This document shows, piece after piece, positions 1 through 10,553 of a DNA stretch of 64,000 nucleotides. This DNA comes from a bacterium (GTDB lineage Bacteria > Bacteroidota > Bacteroidia > Flavobacteriales > Schleiferiaceae). A program made the position numbers and the translations under genes. Within the stretch, counting starts at the first letter, position 1. Every line of letters begins with the position of its first letter. The stretch lies in NCBI GenBank assembly GCA_016125155.1, contig WGMI01000030.1, forward strand, positions 2,079-66,078, given 5' to 3'. The notes under the pieces were generated by a model. The model worked only from the letters and a program-made list of their open reading frames with translations. It had not been told where the DNA came from and did no database searches.

Positions 1-830
1 AGGTAAAACACCAAGGGGTGGTAGAGATAAATTGGCAGCGAATAGTCTCGACCCCATCGAACCAACCAATTCTCTTTCATTCGAATCAGACTGCTGCCGA
101 TAAACAGCGGCAAGGCGCACAACAGGGTGCCGAGCAGAAATTGGTGATCGTAGGCCGGGTAGCCCCAACGAAGGCTGAACCAGGCCACTTCTCCGAACTG
201 CACGAACAAGCCGAGGAGCGCGAGTGCGAACCAAAACAGAGGCCCACTGTTGCTGCGACCGTTGGCCGCTACACGCATTCCCAGATGCACCATGGGGATG
301 CCAAGCAACACCCGAAAAGGGTCGTAATTCCATCGGGCGCCCCAAAGCACATCGTAGCTGTCGCTCAGCAAGGCTGCGGCAATGAGTCCCAAACTGAGTA
401 CATCGAGGAGCCTGCGCCCACCCAGTTGTCGAAAAAACCACTGTCCGAGGGTGCCGACCGACAAGGCACCGATAAACCAGAGGTGGAAGTAGTTACCCAC
501 CAACAATTGTTCGACCCGAAACGGCTCGGGTCCCATCAGCATCTTTATTGGGAAGTACACGAAGCTGGCTACGAGCAAAATGCTCAACAAGCGCGTCAGG
601 TTCGGCTCGATGCGCCCCAGTGGCAAGTCACCATTTTCGTCTCGGCGCTTGTGCAGAAAATAACCGCTGGCGATGAAAAAGAAAGGCACGGCCCAGCGCG
701 AAAGGAGCCGAAACGTCTCCACCCATCTGGCATCGAGCGCGCCATAACTGCTGTGCAGCAAGACGATGCAAAAGGCGCCGATCAGCCGAAAGGCGTCGAT
801 TCCATGAGCTCTGTGCGGGGCCGGGTTCAT
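1..830 (-). CDS. Acyltransferase family 3-like integral membrane protein (3' end lies outside the window)
   Basis: Missing from the ORF track because it runs off the window edge. The reverse complement reads without stops from ATG (830..828): MNPAPHRAHGIDAFRLIGAFCIVLLHSSYG..RWAVPFFFIASGYFL..., continuing as a multi-TM hydrophobic protein to position 1. The HGIDxxR and VPxFFxxSG motifs are typical of Acyl_transf_3. The + ORF 18..905 is its antisense shadow. Confidence 0.6.
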   Translation of the reverse strand, partial: MNPAPHRAHGIDAFRLIGAFCIVLLHSSYGALDARWVETFRLLSRWAVPFFFIASGYFLHKRRDENGDLPLGRIEPNLTRLLSILLVASFVYFPIKMLMGPEPFRVEQLLVGNYFHLWFIGALSVGTLGQWFFRQLGGRRLLDVLSLGLIAAALLSDSYDVLWGARWNYDPFRVLLGIPMVHLGMRVAANGRSNSGPLFWFALALLGLFVQFGEVAWFSLRWGYPAYDHQFLLGTLLCALPLFIGSSLIRMKENWLVRWGRDYSLPIYLYHPLVFY

Positions 831-1116
831 GCGGATGGGGTGATTTTCTCAGGGAGCAAAGACACAAAGAAGCACTGTAAGAACGGGTCTGTTGAATTCG
901 GGTAAATTACGCAATGGCCGGGTTGTTTCGGCGGGAATTGGGTCCCGCAGAGAAACCCCAACCATGCGCGGAGCAACAAGGATGAAAGAGGCAGAAGGCT
1001 TCAAGCGCGGTTCCCTTCGGCGAACTACAGAAAACAGGGCCCCTAATCGGGTAATTCAGCCCCCCCTTTCCGCCGCACATCGCAGGCTTGCCTTCTTCCC
1101 GAACTACCTTTGCACT

Positions 1117-1788
1117 ATGCAAGAACCCATCCGGATCGGGCACGAACGGGATCACCATTCCGCCTCTCCCGAAACTCCGCTCAGAAGCGATGCTTTTGTG
1201 TTGAGCGACAGTGAAAAGCGCTCTATTATACAAGAACTTGTGCGGGGCATCTTAGAAACCCTCGGCATGGACCTCAACGACGACAGCCTCAAGGGAACCC
1301 CAGGCCGGGTGGCCGAAATGTTTGTCGACGAAATCTTTGGAGGGTTGCACCCCGACCGCATGCCCGAGTTGTCGACCTTCGAAAACAGCTATCAGTACGG
1401 CGAGATGCTCGTCGAAAAGAACATCGTGCTCTATTCGACCTGCGAGCACCATTTGTTGCCCATTGTCGGCCGGGCCCATGTGGCGTATCTCAGCCAGGGC
1501 AAGGTCATAGGGCTGAGCAAGATGAACCGCATTGTCGACTACTATGCCAAACGCCCCCAGGTGCAAGAGCGGCTTACACGTCAAATTGTCCACGCGCTTC
1601 AGCAGGCCTTGGGCACAGAAGACGTCGCTTGTGTTATCGATGCCAAACACCTCTGCGTCAACTCACGCGGCATTCGCGACATCGACAGCAGTACCGTGAC
1701 GGCCGAGTACGGTGGGCGTTTTCAGGAAGAAAGCGTCAAGCGGGAGTTTCTCGACCTCATTCGACTTCAAACCTCTTTTGGCGCATAA
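1117..1788 (+). CDS. folE: GTP cyclohydrolase I (FolE type 1)
   Basis: Core sequence [44 protein letters not shown] is characteristic of FolE. I moved the start to ATG 1117 (MQEPIR...) because the 75 aa upstream in ORF 892..1788 look non-coding. The exact start is uncertain. Confidence 0.9.
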   Translation: MQEPIRIGHERDHHSASPETPLRSDAFVLSDSEKRSIIQELVRGILETLGMDLNDDSLKGTPGRVAEMFVDEIFGGLHPDRMPELSTFENSYQYGEMLVEKNIVLYSTCEHHLLPIVGRAHVAYLSQGKVIGLSKMNRIVDYYAKRPQVQERLTRQIVHALQQALGTEDVACVIDAKHLCVNSRGIRDIDSSTVTAEYGGRFQEESVKREFLDLIRLQTSFGA

Positions 1789-1790
1789 CC

Positions 1791-3272
1791 ATGGCCCCAC
1801 GCGCACACCAGCTCCAGGTGTTCAACAGCCTGAGCGGACAAAAAGAACCCTTTTTTCCCCTCCACCCCGAACGCGTTGGGATGTATGTGTGCGGACCGAC
1901 CGTGTACAGCGATGTGCACCTCGGCAACTGCCGGACCTTTTTGAGCTTTGACCTGATTTATCGCTATTTGAGGCATTTGGGCTACAGCGTTCGCTATGTG
2001 CGCAACATCACCGATGCCGGACACCTCGAAAACGATGCGGACGAGGGCGAAGACAAAATCGCCAAAAAGGCACGGCTCGAGCAAATCGAACCCATGGAGA
2101 TTGTACAGCGCTATACCGTGGGCTTTCGCGACATTATGCAGCGGTTTAACGCCTTGCCTCCGAGCATAGAACCCACGGCCACGGGGCATATCGTCGAGCA
2201 GATCTCTATGATTGAAGCCCTGATCGAAAAGGGAATGGCTTATTCGATCAATGGTTCGGTGTACTTTGATGTGCCGCTTTACACCGCCCAAGGGGGCAAT
2301 TATGGGGTGCTGAGCGGTCGGGTCACCGACGAACTCATCCACAACACCCGCGAGCTCGAAGGACAGAGCGAAAAGCGCAGTCCCTTGGATTTTGCGCTGT
2401 GGAAGAAGGCTGGCCCGAACCACATTATGCGTTGGAAATCGCCCTGGGGCGAGGGATTTCCGGGTTGGCACCTCGAGTGCTCTGCCATGGGCAACAAATA
2501 CCTCGGGGAGACTTTTGACATCCATGGGGGCGGTATGGACCTCAAGTTTCCCCACCACGAATGCGAGATCGCCCAAAGCCAGTCGGCCCACGGCGCTCCT
2601 CCGGTGCGCTATTGGTTGCATGGCAATATGCTAACGCTCAACGGAAAACGAATGAGCAAAAGCACGGGCAACACCCTGTTGCCGCTGGAGTTGTTCGAAA
2701 CCGGAAGCCCGCTTCTCGACAAGACCTATTCGCCTTCGGTGGTTCGGTTTTTTATGATGCAAGCCCACTACCGCAGCGTGCTCGACTTCAGCAATGAAGC
2801 GCTCTTGGCCGCCGAAAAAGGCTACCACCGGCTGATGGAGGCCCTGGGTCGCTTGGAACGGATCCTCCCGGGGTCGGGTCCCTCCGACTTCGACTGGAAG
2901 GCTTGGGAACAGGAGTGTTATGCGGCCATGGACGACGACTTCAACAGCCCCATGCTCATCGCGCATCTCTTCGAAGCGGTCCGGGTGATCAACGCGCTAT
3001 CCGAAGGAAAGGGGCACATCTCCGAAACCGATCTGGACCGTGTGCGCAGCCAAATGAACGTCTTTGTCTTTGAACTGCTCGGATTGGAAACCCCCGTGCT
3101 TTCCAGCCAAGAAGGTCCCGTAGAAGGGCTGGTACAACTGCTCATCGAACTGCGCCTGGCCGCGCGCTCCGATCGCGACTGGGCGCTGAGCGACCGCATC
3201 CGGGACCGATTGCTCGAACTCGGCATCAGTCTCAAAGACGGAAAAGAGGGCACCGAATGGAGCCGGGTCTAG
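1791..3272 (+). CDS. cysS: Cysteine--tRNA ligase
   Basis: [20 protein letters not shown] (HIGH-type motif), [23 protein letters not shown] and [10 protein letters not shown] (KMSKS) are present. Start taken at ATG 1791 ([12 protein letters not shown]), 3 nt after the folE stop. Confidence 0.95.
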   Translation: MAPRAHQLQVFNSLSGQKEPFFPLHPERVGMYVCGPTVYSDVHLGNCRTFLSFDLIYRYLRHLGYSVRYVRNITDAGHLENDADEGEDKIAKKARLEQIEPMEIVQRYTVGFRDIMQRFNALPPSIEPTATGHIVEQISMIEALIEKGMAYSINGSVYFDVPLYTAQGGNYGVLSGRVTDELIHNTRELEGQSEKRSPLDFALWKKAGPNHIMRWKSPWGEGFPGWHLECSAMGNKYLGETFDIHGGGMDLKFPHHECEIAQSQSAHGAPPVRYWLHGNMLTLNGKRMSKSTGNTLLPLELFETGSPLLDKTYSPSVVRFFMMQAHYRSVLDFSNEALLAAEKGYHRLMEALGRLERILPGSGPSDFDWKAWEQECYAAMDDDFNSPMLIAHLFEAVRVINALSEGKGHISETDLDRVRSQMNVFVFELLGLETPVLSSQEGPVEGLVQLLIELRLAARSDRDWALSDRIRDRLLELGISLKDGKEGTEWSRV

Positions 3273-3532
3273 GCCGCTTCTTGAGCCGGGTCTTTTCCCT
3301 TCCGCTCGTCGGTCTCGTCAAGGTATATCAGTACACCCTCGGTGTGTTTCTCCCCAACTCGTGTCGCTATCAACCTACTTGCTCGAACTACGCGCTTGAG
3401 GCCTTGAGACTGTGGGGGCCATTCAAAGGAACTTGGTTGGCCATCAAACGCATCAGCCGCTGCCATCCCTGGGGAGGGCATGGATTCGACCCCGTGCCCA
3501 AACCCCCCCGGAGTTCATCCAAAGGGTCCTAG
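3257..3532 (+). CDS. yidD: Membrane protein insertion efficiency factor YidD
   Basis: [58 protein letters not shown] is the conserved YidD core. It overlaps the cysS 3' end. Confidence 0.85.
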   Translation: MEPGLGRFLSRVFSLPLVGLVKVYQYTLGVFLPNSCRYQPTCSNYALEALRLWGPFKGTWLAIKRISRCHPWGGHGFDPVPKPPRSSSKGS

Positions 3533-3594
3533 AACAACAAACCCTCCTGAGCTAGAACTCAGAAGGGCTATTGGCTCAGTACAAGTCGATTGAC

Positions 3595-4098
3595 TTAACT
3601 CTTGACGAACAAAATGCCTTTCATGCTGCCGTAGTGACCTGGAAAGGTGCACAAAAACTTATACGGACCGGGTTCCGTCGGCACGGTAAAAGCGATGGTT
3701 TCTTCTTCACCGGGACCCAATATTTTAGTGGTGATCAGGACATTATCCGTCTGGTCGGGCACTTGATACCCATTGTCTTTGTACTTCATGGCCTCCATGG
3801 CGTAGGCATCGGCGTCGACGTCTTTGGCCAGCAAGGTCCAGTTATGCCCCATGGCTTCTACAGGCATACTTCCGACATTGACCAAGGTCAGTTGAATGGC
3901 TTCTCCGGCTTGGACCTCAATCATCTCGAGGTTGTACTTCATTTGGTCGTTGGCCTCGATTCGGAACAAGCGAGGGCCGTCGTGCACCGGGGTTACAGGG
4001 GTTTCTGATGCAGTTTCCGATGCATCAGGGCTCGGAGTCTCGGCCTGACCGCACGCGACGAGTAGGGGAATCAGGGTAAAGGCCGCAAGGGTTCTCAT
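3595..4098 (-). CDS. Azurin-like blue-copper (cupredoxin) lipoprotein
   Basis: Lipoprotein signal MRTLAAFTLIPLLVAC. MGHNWTLL plus CTFPGHYGSMKG gives the His/Cys/His/Met type-1 copper ligand pattern of azurins (compared from memory with MGHNWVL and CTFPGHSALMKG). Confidence 0.8.
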   Translation of the reverse strand: MRTLAAFTLIPLLVACGQAETPSPDASETASETPVTPVHDGPRLFRIEANDQMKYNLEMIEVQAGEAIQLTLVNVGSMPVEAMGHNWTLLAKDVDADAYAMEAMKYKDNGYQVPDQTDNVLITTKILGPGEEETIAFTVPTEPGPYKFLCTFPGHYGSMKGILFVKS

Positions 4099-4224
4099 GG
4101 GAATTCAGTTTACAGATTAACGCAATTGACGCTGCGAAGTTCGAGGTCAGCGCCCCGAAAAACCGTGACAAAAATCACCGGAATTGTACAAACTACAAGG
4201 GGAAGCGGCTTAGCTTAGAGCCCT

Positions 4225-5022
4225 ATGAACCTCGATCAAATCCTCTCCCAAACCGCTGATTTAGCACGGATTACCGGTCAATGGATCGCTTCAGAACAGC
4301 AGCGCTTTAGCGAGCAAAGAGTCGAAACCAAAGAACTCAACAGTTTGGTGAGCGATGTGGACCGAACAGCAGAGCGGCGGTTGGTCGAGGGACTGTCCGA
4401 ACTGCTGCCCGAAGCCGGATTTATCACAGAAGAGGAAACCGTGCGCAACGAACGCAAACCGTGGAGTTGGGTCATCGATCCTCTCGATGGTACGACCAAC
4501 TTCATCCACGGTTTGCCCATTTATGCAGTCAGCATTGGGCTGTTGCACGGAGACCAGATCGTATTGGGCGTGGTCTACGAATGCGGACGAGACGAATGCT
4601 TTACGGCCTTGCGGGGCGGTGGCGCTTTTTGCAATGGGCAGCCCATTCGCGTTTCTGGCAAAGCGACGCTGGCCGATTCGCTCTTTGCCACGGGATTTCC
4701 CTACCGGGACTACGGACGCATGGACGCCTTTGTGGCCTTGCTCACCGACTTTTTTCAAGGCAGCCGCGGACTGCGTCGGTTGGGCTCGGCGGCCACTGAT
4801 CTGGCCTGGGTAGCCTGCGGGCGCTTCGATGGTTTTTTTGAATACGGGTTGAGCCCTTGGGATGTAGCCGCCGGGAGCCTGTTGGTGGAAGAAGCCGGAG
4901 GACAGGTACGCGAATTCGACGGAGGCCTTGATTTTCTCTTCGGACAAACCCTGATTGCCTCCGGAACCGAGTTGTTTGAAGTGTTTCGAGCCACCGTGCA
5001 ACAGCGAATGGTAGGGTCCTGA
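4225..5022 (+). CDS. suhB: Inositol monophosphatase family protein (SuhB-like)
   Basis: WVIDPLDGTTNFIHGLPIYAVSIGL and the WDVAAG motif are typical of IMPase/SuhB. Confidence 0.85.
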   Translation: MNLDQILSQTADLARITGQWIASEQQRFSEQRVETKELNSLVSDVDRTAERRLVEGLSELLPEAGFITEEETVRNERKPWSWVIDPLDGTTNFIHGLPIYAVSIGLLHGDQIVLGVVYECGRDECFTALRGGGAFCNGQPIRVSGKATLADSLFATGFPYRDYGRMDAFVALLTDFFQGSRGLRRLGSAATDLAWVACGRFDGFFEYGLSPWDVAAGSLLVEEAGGQVREFDGGLDFLFGQTLIASGTELFEVFRATVQQRMVGS

Positions 5023-5079
5023 AAACGGATCGTGCAACTTTTGCGGCCACTATTTTGTTCCGTGATTCAACCCTTTTAA

Positions 5080-5541
5080 TTGAGTGTCATGCTTCGATGG
5101 AATGATGTGCTCCACCGCGCCCAACACGGCAACCCTAAACCGGCAACCCGGGTTGAGAAGACGGTGGAAGCATGGAAGGCCGAACTCGATCCCGAGGTGT
5201 TTCGCATTGCGCGATTGCACGGAACCGAACGCCCGCACAGCTCCGACTATTGCACCCGCTTTGAACCGGGACTGTATGCCTGCGCCTGTTGCCACACCCT
5301 GCTGTTTGACGCTGACCAAAAGTTTGAATCGGGAACCGGTTGGCCCAGTTTTACCCAACCCGCCGATCCGGATGTCATTCGCTATGTTCGAGACACTTCT
5401 TTTGGCATGATTCGCGTCGAAACCCTTTGCTCGGTCTGCGACGCCCACCTTGGCCACGTTTTTCCCGACGGCCCTCCCCCTTCGGGTCTTCGCTACTGCA
5501 TGAATGGGTTGGCGTTGGAAAAGCGAGAAGAACAACGCTGA
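5080..5541 (+). CDS. msrB: Peptide-methionine (R)-S-oxide reductase
   Basis: GLYACACCHTLLF..GTGWPSF..CSVCDAHLGHVFPDGP..GLRYCMNG shows two CxxC zinc motifs and the catalytic Cys region of MsrB. Confidence 0.9.
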   Translation: MSVMLRWNDVLHRAQHGNPKPATRVEKTVEAWKAELDPEVFRIARLHGTERPHSSDYCTRFEPGLYACACCHTLLFDADQKFESGTGWPSFTQPADPDVIRYVRDTSFGMIRVETLCSVCDAHLGHVFPDGPPPSGLRYCMNGLALEKREEQR

Positions 5542-5566
5542 CCCCCTTTTGGTCCGGCCCCACAAC

Positions 5567-5597
5567 AAAAAACCCCGGTCTCCCGGGGCTTTTTTTT
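5567..5597. terminator. Bidirectional rho-independent terminator between convergent msrB and the OmpA-family gene
   Basis: An A-run, then stem CCCCGG (5573..5578) pairing with CCGGGG (5583..5588) around a 4-nt loop, then a T-run at 5590..5597. Confidence 0.55.
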
Positions 5598-5635
5598 GAC
5601 TCACAGTGCAAGCGGTGAGTTGAAGGTGTTGGCGT

Positions 5636-8170
5636 TTACTTCACAAAGATATACAAACCAGGCTGTAGGTCTTTGTCCTTCAAATCGCCGTTGAGTTCCT
5701 TGAGCACTTTGTCGTCCATGTTCAATTTCTTGGCGATGGCCTTCAGACTGGTTTCTCCGGTTTGGACCTGATAGCGCTTGGAATCGAAATCGGAATAGTC
5801 TCCGTCTTTGGTCACCTTGAGTTCGAGCCCTTCAAAAACCCTGACCCCGCGCAATCCGTTGTTGAGCTTTTTGAGATCGGCTACGCTGATGCCGTACTCC
5901 TTGGCAATCTTCGCAAAGTTGTCGCCAGCCACACACGTGTGTATCTGTCCTTTTTGGCCCGCTTCTGCCTTGGCACCTGCTCCGGCCGCGGCTCCCGTCC
6001 CTACGGCGGCTCCTGTTCCCGTTCCCTGCTCTTCGGGAGCCGGCTGGTTGGGCACAAAGTCGTCGCGCAACACCTTGAAGTCGGTGCGTCGGTTGACCTG
6101 GTTGGCCACTTCCTGCAGATTGGGTGAAAGCGTCTTAATGTAATTCTCCGTCAAGGTGGCCCCGGTTTTCAACTGCCCTGCACCAAGTCCCTTATAGTTC
6201 TCTGGAATGGTAAAGGGCTCTGTCTCACCCTTGCCAACGGCTACCAAACGGCCCGACTCAATGCCTTTGCTGATCAGATAATCCACGCAGGAGTTCGCCC
6301 GGTTTTGAGAAAGTGTATTGTTCTTTTCGTCCGTGTCCCGATAGTCGGTGTGCGAACGAAGCTCAATCACCACCGTAGGGTTGTTTTTCAAAATAGTCAC
6401 CACCGAATCGAGCGCCTGCATCGACTCCGGACGCAAATCCCATTTGGCCAAATCGAACAGGACATTCGGCAATACGATGGGCACCTCGATGGGCTCCATG
6501 CCTTTGTCCAATTTGAGGGTATGCAGATAAAGGTTGTTGGCCGCATCGTATTCGAAGGCATTGAAGGGAACGCCGACCGTAGTCACATAACCCGCGTTGT
6601 TCAAGAATTTCTTCTTCTCGAAATTCAAGGTGTAGGCCACGTTTTCTTTCACCTTGTCTTTCTCGAAAACATATCGACCACTGCCATCGGAATTGGCGAC
6701 CACCGAACTCCCGTCAGAGCCGTCCAAACGCACCGTTACCTGTGGAATCGGCTTGCCGTCTTTGGTGCTGGTCACTACCCCTTCGATCTGGAAGTTGAGC
6801 GGTACTTCATAAATGCTGTAGATGTCGTCGCTGCCCCGACCGTCTTTGCGGTTGGAGGTAATGTAGCCCCGGCGCGCGCCCCCGGATTCGAGGATGATGG
6901 CAAAATCGTCGGCCTCCGTATTGATCGGATACTTCATGTTCTCCGCAGGACCCGTGGGCATGCCGTCGGCGCCCACCGGAACCCGGAAAATGTCCTGAGA
7001 ACCCATGCCGGGAAGCCCATCGGAAGAGAAATAGAGATAACCATCGTCGTGGGCAAAGGGAAACAGCTCATCGCCCTCTGTATTCACCTGGGGACCGAGG
7101 TTAGTGGCTTCTTTCCACTTCTTTTCCCGGCGATCGAAGGTGGTCACCCAGAGGTCTTTACCCCCTTTGGCCCCGGGCAAATCTCCCGAGAAATACAACA
7201 ACTTGTCGTCGGGGCTCAAGCTGGGGTGTCCCACCGAGTACGTAGAATCGGGAGCCAACACCACGAGTTCGGGCTCGGCCCAAGTTTGGCCTCTGCGCTC
7301 GGTGAAGTAAATGGCGCAGCCCAAAACCTGGCGCTTTTCATTCCGACAGCGGGTAAAATACATCTCCTTGCGGCGGCTGTCGAAGGCAAGAGTGCCCTCG
7401 TGGTGCTCGGTATTGATCATTTCGTCCAAAGCAGTGGGCGTGGCCCATTTGCTTTCTTCGACCGGGCCTTTACTCTTGCCCTTTCCCTTGGTGGTCTTGC
7501 GCTCACTTTTGGAGGACCAAATGTCCATAAAGCCTTGTCCGGTCCATCCATCTTCCTTCTTGCCGATGCCTCCTTCGCGGGACGAGGTCAGATAGATCTC
7601 ATTGTATTCCCCTGCCCTTCCGGCCCAAGCAGGCGCCATATCGCGGGCTGTCGTATTCAATTCCTTGACGTTGGTCACCTGGTAACGACTCGGATTGTTT
7701 TTCCATTCGGCTGCGGCTTTGGAACTCGCTATGCCCGTTTCCGCCCGCTTGTCGGAGGGATGCGCCTTGCGCAATTCCTCATAAGCTACGGTGGCGTCTT
7801 CGTACTTGCCCTGAGACTTCATCATTTCGGCCTCCCAATATTGCGCATCGGCACCGTAGCCCATTTTGGCTGCCTTTTTGAACTGGGCTTCCGCGTTTTT
7901 GTAGTCCGACATATTGCGGTAGCACTGACCCATCCAATAGGTAATCTCGGTCTTCATTTCCCGACTGTCCTCTTTGGCAAACGCTTCTTTGAGGGCGTCA
8001 AGAGCCAGAGCATATTCCTTGGCATCGTAATATTCCTTCGCTTTGGCGGTGGCTTTCGCCAACTTCGGCTCGGTCGGCTCGTCTCCCCCTTTGGGCTGAG
8101 CGTAGGCCAACGAACTTACAATCAGAGTAATCGCAAAAAGGGCGAAGCGGAAAACAGGGGGTTTGATCAT
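5636..8170 (-). CDS. OmpA-family outer-membrane/peptidoglycan-associated protein with TPR, PD40-type beta-propeller repeats and two C-terminal LysM modules
   Basis: Start set at MIKPPVFRFALFAITLIVSSLAYAQ (signal peptide; ATG 8170). TPR-like N-terminus (YYDAKEYALALDAL..). Repeated S.DG..LYF.S tolB/PD40-like motifs. OmpA_C core NVLFDLAKWDLRPES..ELRSHTDYRDTDEKNNTLSQNRANSCVDYL. A Gly/Ala linker, then two LysM-like segments (HTCVAGDNFAKIAKEYGISVADLKKLN and YQVQTGETSLKAIAKKLNMDDKVLKELN). Confidence 0.8.
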   Translation of the reverse strand: MIKPPVFRFALFAITLIVSSLAYAQPKGGDEPTEPKLAKATAKAKEYYDAKEYALALDALKEAFAKEDSREMKTEITYWMGQCYRNMSDYKNAEAQFKKAAKMGYGADAQYWEAEMMKSQGKYEDATVAYEELRKAHPSDKRAETGIASSKAAAEWKNNPSRYQVTNVKELNTTARDMAPAWAGRAGEYNEIYLTSSREGGIGKKEDGWTGQGFMDIWSSKSERKTTKGKGKSKGPVEESKWATPTALDEMINTEHHEGTLAFDSRRKEMYFTRCRNEKRQVLGCAIYFTERRGQTWAEPELVVLAPDSTYSVGHPSLSPDDKLLYFSGDLPGAKGGKDLWVTTFDRREKKWKEATNLGPQVNTEGDELFPFAHDDGYLYFSSDGLPGMGSQDIFRVPVGADGMPTGPAENMKYPINTEADDFAIILESGGARRGYITSNRKDGRGSDDIYSIYEVPLNFQIEGVVTSTKDGKPIPQVTVRLDGSDGSSVVANSDGSGRYVFEKDKVKENVAYTLNFEKKKFLNNAGYVTTVGVPFNAFEYDAANNLYLHTLKLDKGMEPIEVPIVLPNVLFDLAKWDLRPESMQALDSVVTILKNNPTVVIELRSHTDYRDTDEKNNTLSQNRANSCVDYLISKGIESGRLVAVGKGETEPFTIPENYKGLGAGQLKTGATLTENYIKTLSPNLQEVANQVNRRTDFKVLRDDFVPNQPAPEEQGTGTGAAVGTGAAAGAGAKAEAGQKGQIHTCVAGDNFAKIAKEYGISVADLKKLNNGLRGVRVFEGLELKVTKDGDYSDFDSKRYQVQTGETSLKAIAKKLNMDDKVLKELNGDLKDKDLQPGLYIFVK

Positions 8171-8264
8171 CCGAAACGGTTCTTTTGAGGCTGCTAATGT
8201 GCTAAAATACTCAATAGTGACGGGGCGAAACTCAGAAAACCATAAAAATGTTCCAACCGCGGAC

Positions 8265-8296
8265 AAAAAAGCCCGGTTCGAAGGTTCGAACCGGGC
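8265..8296 (-). terminator. Rho-independent terminator downstream of the glutamine synthetase gene
   Basis: Perfect 12-bp stem GCCCGGTTCGAA / TTCGAACCGGGC (8271..8296) with a 2-nt loop. On the minus strand it is followed by TTTTTT (8270..8265). Confidence 0.65.
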
Positions 8297-8317
8297 TGTG
8301 CATTAAATCCCAAGAAA

Positions 8318-10510
8318 TCAGCGCAAGAACATGAGTTCGCGATACTTGGGCAAGGGCCACAATTCGTCGTCCACCATCAACTCCAGTTTGTCGACCTCGT
8401 AGCGAATTTTTTCGAAATAGGGCAGTACTTCTTCGCAGTAGGCGATGGCTCGCTCCCGGCTCGAAGTGAGTTTGTTGGCCTTTTTTCGAGCTTCAATCAT
8501 GGCGTCTTTTTCGGTGAGAATAACGCTGACCCGTTCGCTGATTTCTTCGATCATCGCAATTTGAACCGCGGCCAGCTTTTTGAAGCGGTCGGCGGGCAGA
8601 ACATCCTTCATGCCCTGTACGTTTTCGGTCAAGAGCCGCTGGTAGCGCAACGCGGTGGGCACAATATGGTTGCCGGCAATGTCGCCGAGCAGACGCGACT
8701 CGATTTGAATTTTCTTGAAGTAGTCTTCGAGCAAAATCTCGTGCCGGGCGTGAAGTTCGACCCGGTTCATGACCCCGAGTTCTTCGAATAAGGCCTCTAC
8801 CTGGGGTTCGACGAGAAAATCGAGGGCGCGCGGAGTGGTTTTCACATTGCTCAAACCGCGCTTTTCAGCTTCCTTGGCCCACTCATCGCTGTAGCCATCG
8901 CCCTCAAAGCGAATCGGTTTACTGGTTTTGATGTAGTCTTTGAGCACCGTAAAAATGGCCTCGTCTTTCTTGAGCGATTTGGACTCGATCAAATGGTCGA
9001 CCTCTTTCTTGAAATCCCGCAGTTGCTGGGCCACGATGCTGTTGAGTACCGTCATGGCACCCGCGCAGTTGGCCGATGAACCCACGGCCCTCAATTCGAA
9101 TTTGTTCCCTGTAAACGCGAAGGGCGAAGTGCGGTTGCGGTCGGTGTTGTCGAGCAAAATTTCGGGAATTTTGCCCACCACATTGAGCTTGAGCTCGGTC
9201 TTTTGCTCAGCGGACAACTTGCCCCCTTCAATTTTTTCGAGTTCGTCCAATACCTCGGTGAGCTGGCTTCCGATGAAGGCCGAAATGATGGCCGGAGGGG
9301 CTTCGTTGGCGCCCAAACGGTGGTCGTTGCTCGCACTGGCAATCACCGAGCGCAGCAAATTGGCATGGCGGTGCAGTGCCTTGAGGGTGGTGATGAAAAA
9401 GGTCAGGAACTGAAGGTTGCCTTTGGGGTTTTTACCCGGGCTCAAGAGGTTGATGCCCGTGTCGGTGGCCAAGCTCCAATTGTTGTGTTTGCCCGAGCCG
9501 TTTACGCCGGCATAGGGTTTTTCGTGGAGCAACACCCGGAAGTGGTGACGGCGGGCTACGCGCTCCATCACATCCATGACGAGAGAGTTGTGGTCTACTG
9601 CGAGGTTGACTTCCTCATAGACGGGCGCCATTTCGTATTGGGCGGGCGCCACTTCGTTGTGCCGGGTCTTGACGGGAATGCCCAATTGATGGCACTCGTA
9701 TTCAAAGGCCCGCATAAACGACATAACCCGATCCGGAATCGAACCGAAGTAGTGGTCTTCGAGCTGTTGACCCTTGGCCGGAGCGTGTCCGAGCAAGGTG
9801 CGCCCGGTCATCAGCAAATCGGGACGGGCCTGGAACAAAGCCGCGTCGACGAGAAAATACTCCTGTTCCCAGCCCAGAGTGGCGACCACTTTGTTGACGT
9901 TGCGGTCAAAATAGCGGCATACGTCGGTGGCGGCTTCGTCGATGACGTTCAAGGCGCGCAACAAGGGGGTCTTGTAGTCGAGGGCTTCGCCGGTATACGA
10001 GACGAAAACAGTGGGTATACAAAGGGTGCTGCCGATCACAAAGGCCGGACTGGTCGGGTCCCAGGCCGTGTAGCCCCGGGCCTCGAACGTATTGCGAATG
10101 CCTCCGCTCGGAAAACTCGAGGCGTCGGGTTCTTGCTGAACCAGCATATTGCCCTCGAATCGCTCGATGGCGCGGCCGCCCGAAGTGGGTTCAAAAAAGC
10201 CGTCGTGTTTTTCGGCTGTGGTACCCGTAAGTGGTTGAAACCAATGCGTATAATGCGTGGCGCCTTTGGAGGTCGCCCAGGCCTTCATGCCGGAAGCCAC
10301 TTGATCGGCCATGGACCGTTCGATGCGGGTGCCCTTTTCGATGGCACTCATCACGGCTTTGTAGGCTTCCGCGCTCATAAACATGCGCATGGCCTGTTCG
10401 TTGAAGACGTTTTCGCCGAAGTAGTCGGTTACCCGTCCTTGGGGTGATTCAAATTCCACGGCCTGATGCGAAGCAGCCCTTTCGAGGGCAGAAAAGCGAA
10501 TGTTGGGCAT
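8318..10510 (-). CDS. glnN: Glutamine synthetase, type III
   Basis: 730 aa. The N-terminus FGENVFNEQAMRMFMS..YKAV..THYTHWFQPLTGTTAEKHDGFF and the overall length are characteristic of GSIII as found in Bacteroidota and cyanobacteria. Confidence 0.9.
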   Translation of the reverse strand: MPNIRFSALERAASHQAVEFESPQGRVTDYFGENVFNEQAMRMFMSAEAYKAVMSAIEKGTRIERSMADQVASGMKAWATSKGATHYTHWFQPLTGTTAEKHDGFFEPTSGGRAIERFEGNMLVQQEPDASSFPSGGIRNTFEARGYTAWDPTSPAFVIGSTLCIPTVFVSYTGEALDYKTPLLRALNVIDEAATDVCRYFDRNVNKVVATLGWEQEYFLVDAALFQARPDLLMTGRTLLGHAPAKGQQLEDHYFGSIPDRVMSFMRAFEYECHQLGIPVKTRHNEVAPAQYEMAPVYEEVNLAVDHNSLVMDVMERVARRHHFRVLLHEKPYAGVNGSGKHNNWSLATDTGINLLSPGKNPKGNLQFLTFFITTLKALHRHANLLRSVIASASNDHRLGANEAPPAIISAFIGSQLTEVLDELEKIEGGKLSAEQKTELKLNVVGKIPEILLDNTDRNRTSPFAFTGNKFELRAVGSSANCAGAMTVLNSIVAQQLRDFKKEVDHLIESKSLKKDEAIFTVLKDYIKTSKPIRFEGDGYSDEWAKEAEKRGLSNVKTTPRALDFLVEPQVEALFEELGVMNRVELHARHEILLEDYFKKIQIESRLLGDIAGNHIVPTALRYQRLLTENVQGMKDVLPADRFKKLAAVQIAMIEEISERVSVILTEKDAMIEARKKANKLTSSRERAIAYCEEVLPYFEKIRYEVDKLELMVDDELWPLPKYRELMFLR

Positions 10511-10553
10511 GGCGATAAGGGGTTGGGTGGTGAAGTTTTATGTTTTTCCGGTT

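Noticed and set aside
18-905. 295-aa + strand ORF at the left edge of the window
   Set aside because: Its composition is Gln/Arg/Glu-rich with no motifs. The opposite strand encodes a convincing multi-TM acyltransferase-3-like protein running off the window edge, so this ORF is the antisense shadow.
6305-8188. Long antisense ORFs throughout the window. Examples: 6305..8188 +, 9203..10447 +, 12470..13618 +, 4291..5037 -, 18915..19823 +, 19857..20816 -, 21042..21902 -, 26293..27384 +, 32957..34618 -, 34954..36318 -, 49902..51269 +, 63116..63871 -.
   Set aside because: Each lies opposite a gene with clear family motifs. Their translations are Arg/Gly/His/Val-rich, low-complexity sequence typical of shadow ORFs in GC-rich DNA.
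8271-8296. GGTTCGAA sequence resembling a tRNA T-arm
   Set aside because: It is a perfect 12-bp palindrome followed by a T-run on the minus strand, directly after the GS stop codon. No acceptor, D or anticodon arms can be drawn. I called it a terminator.
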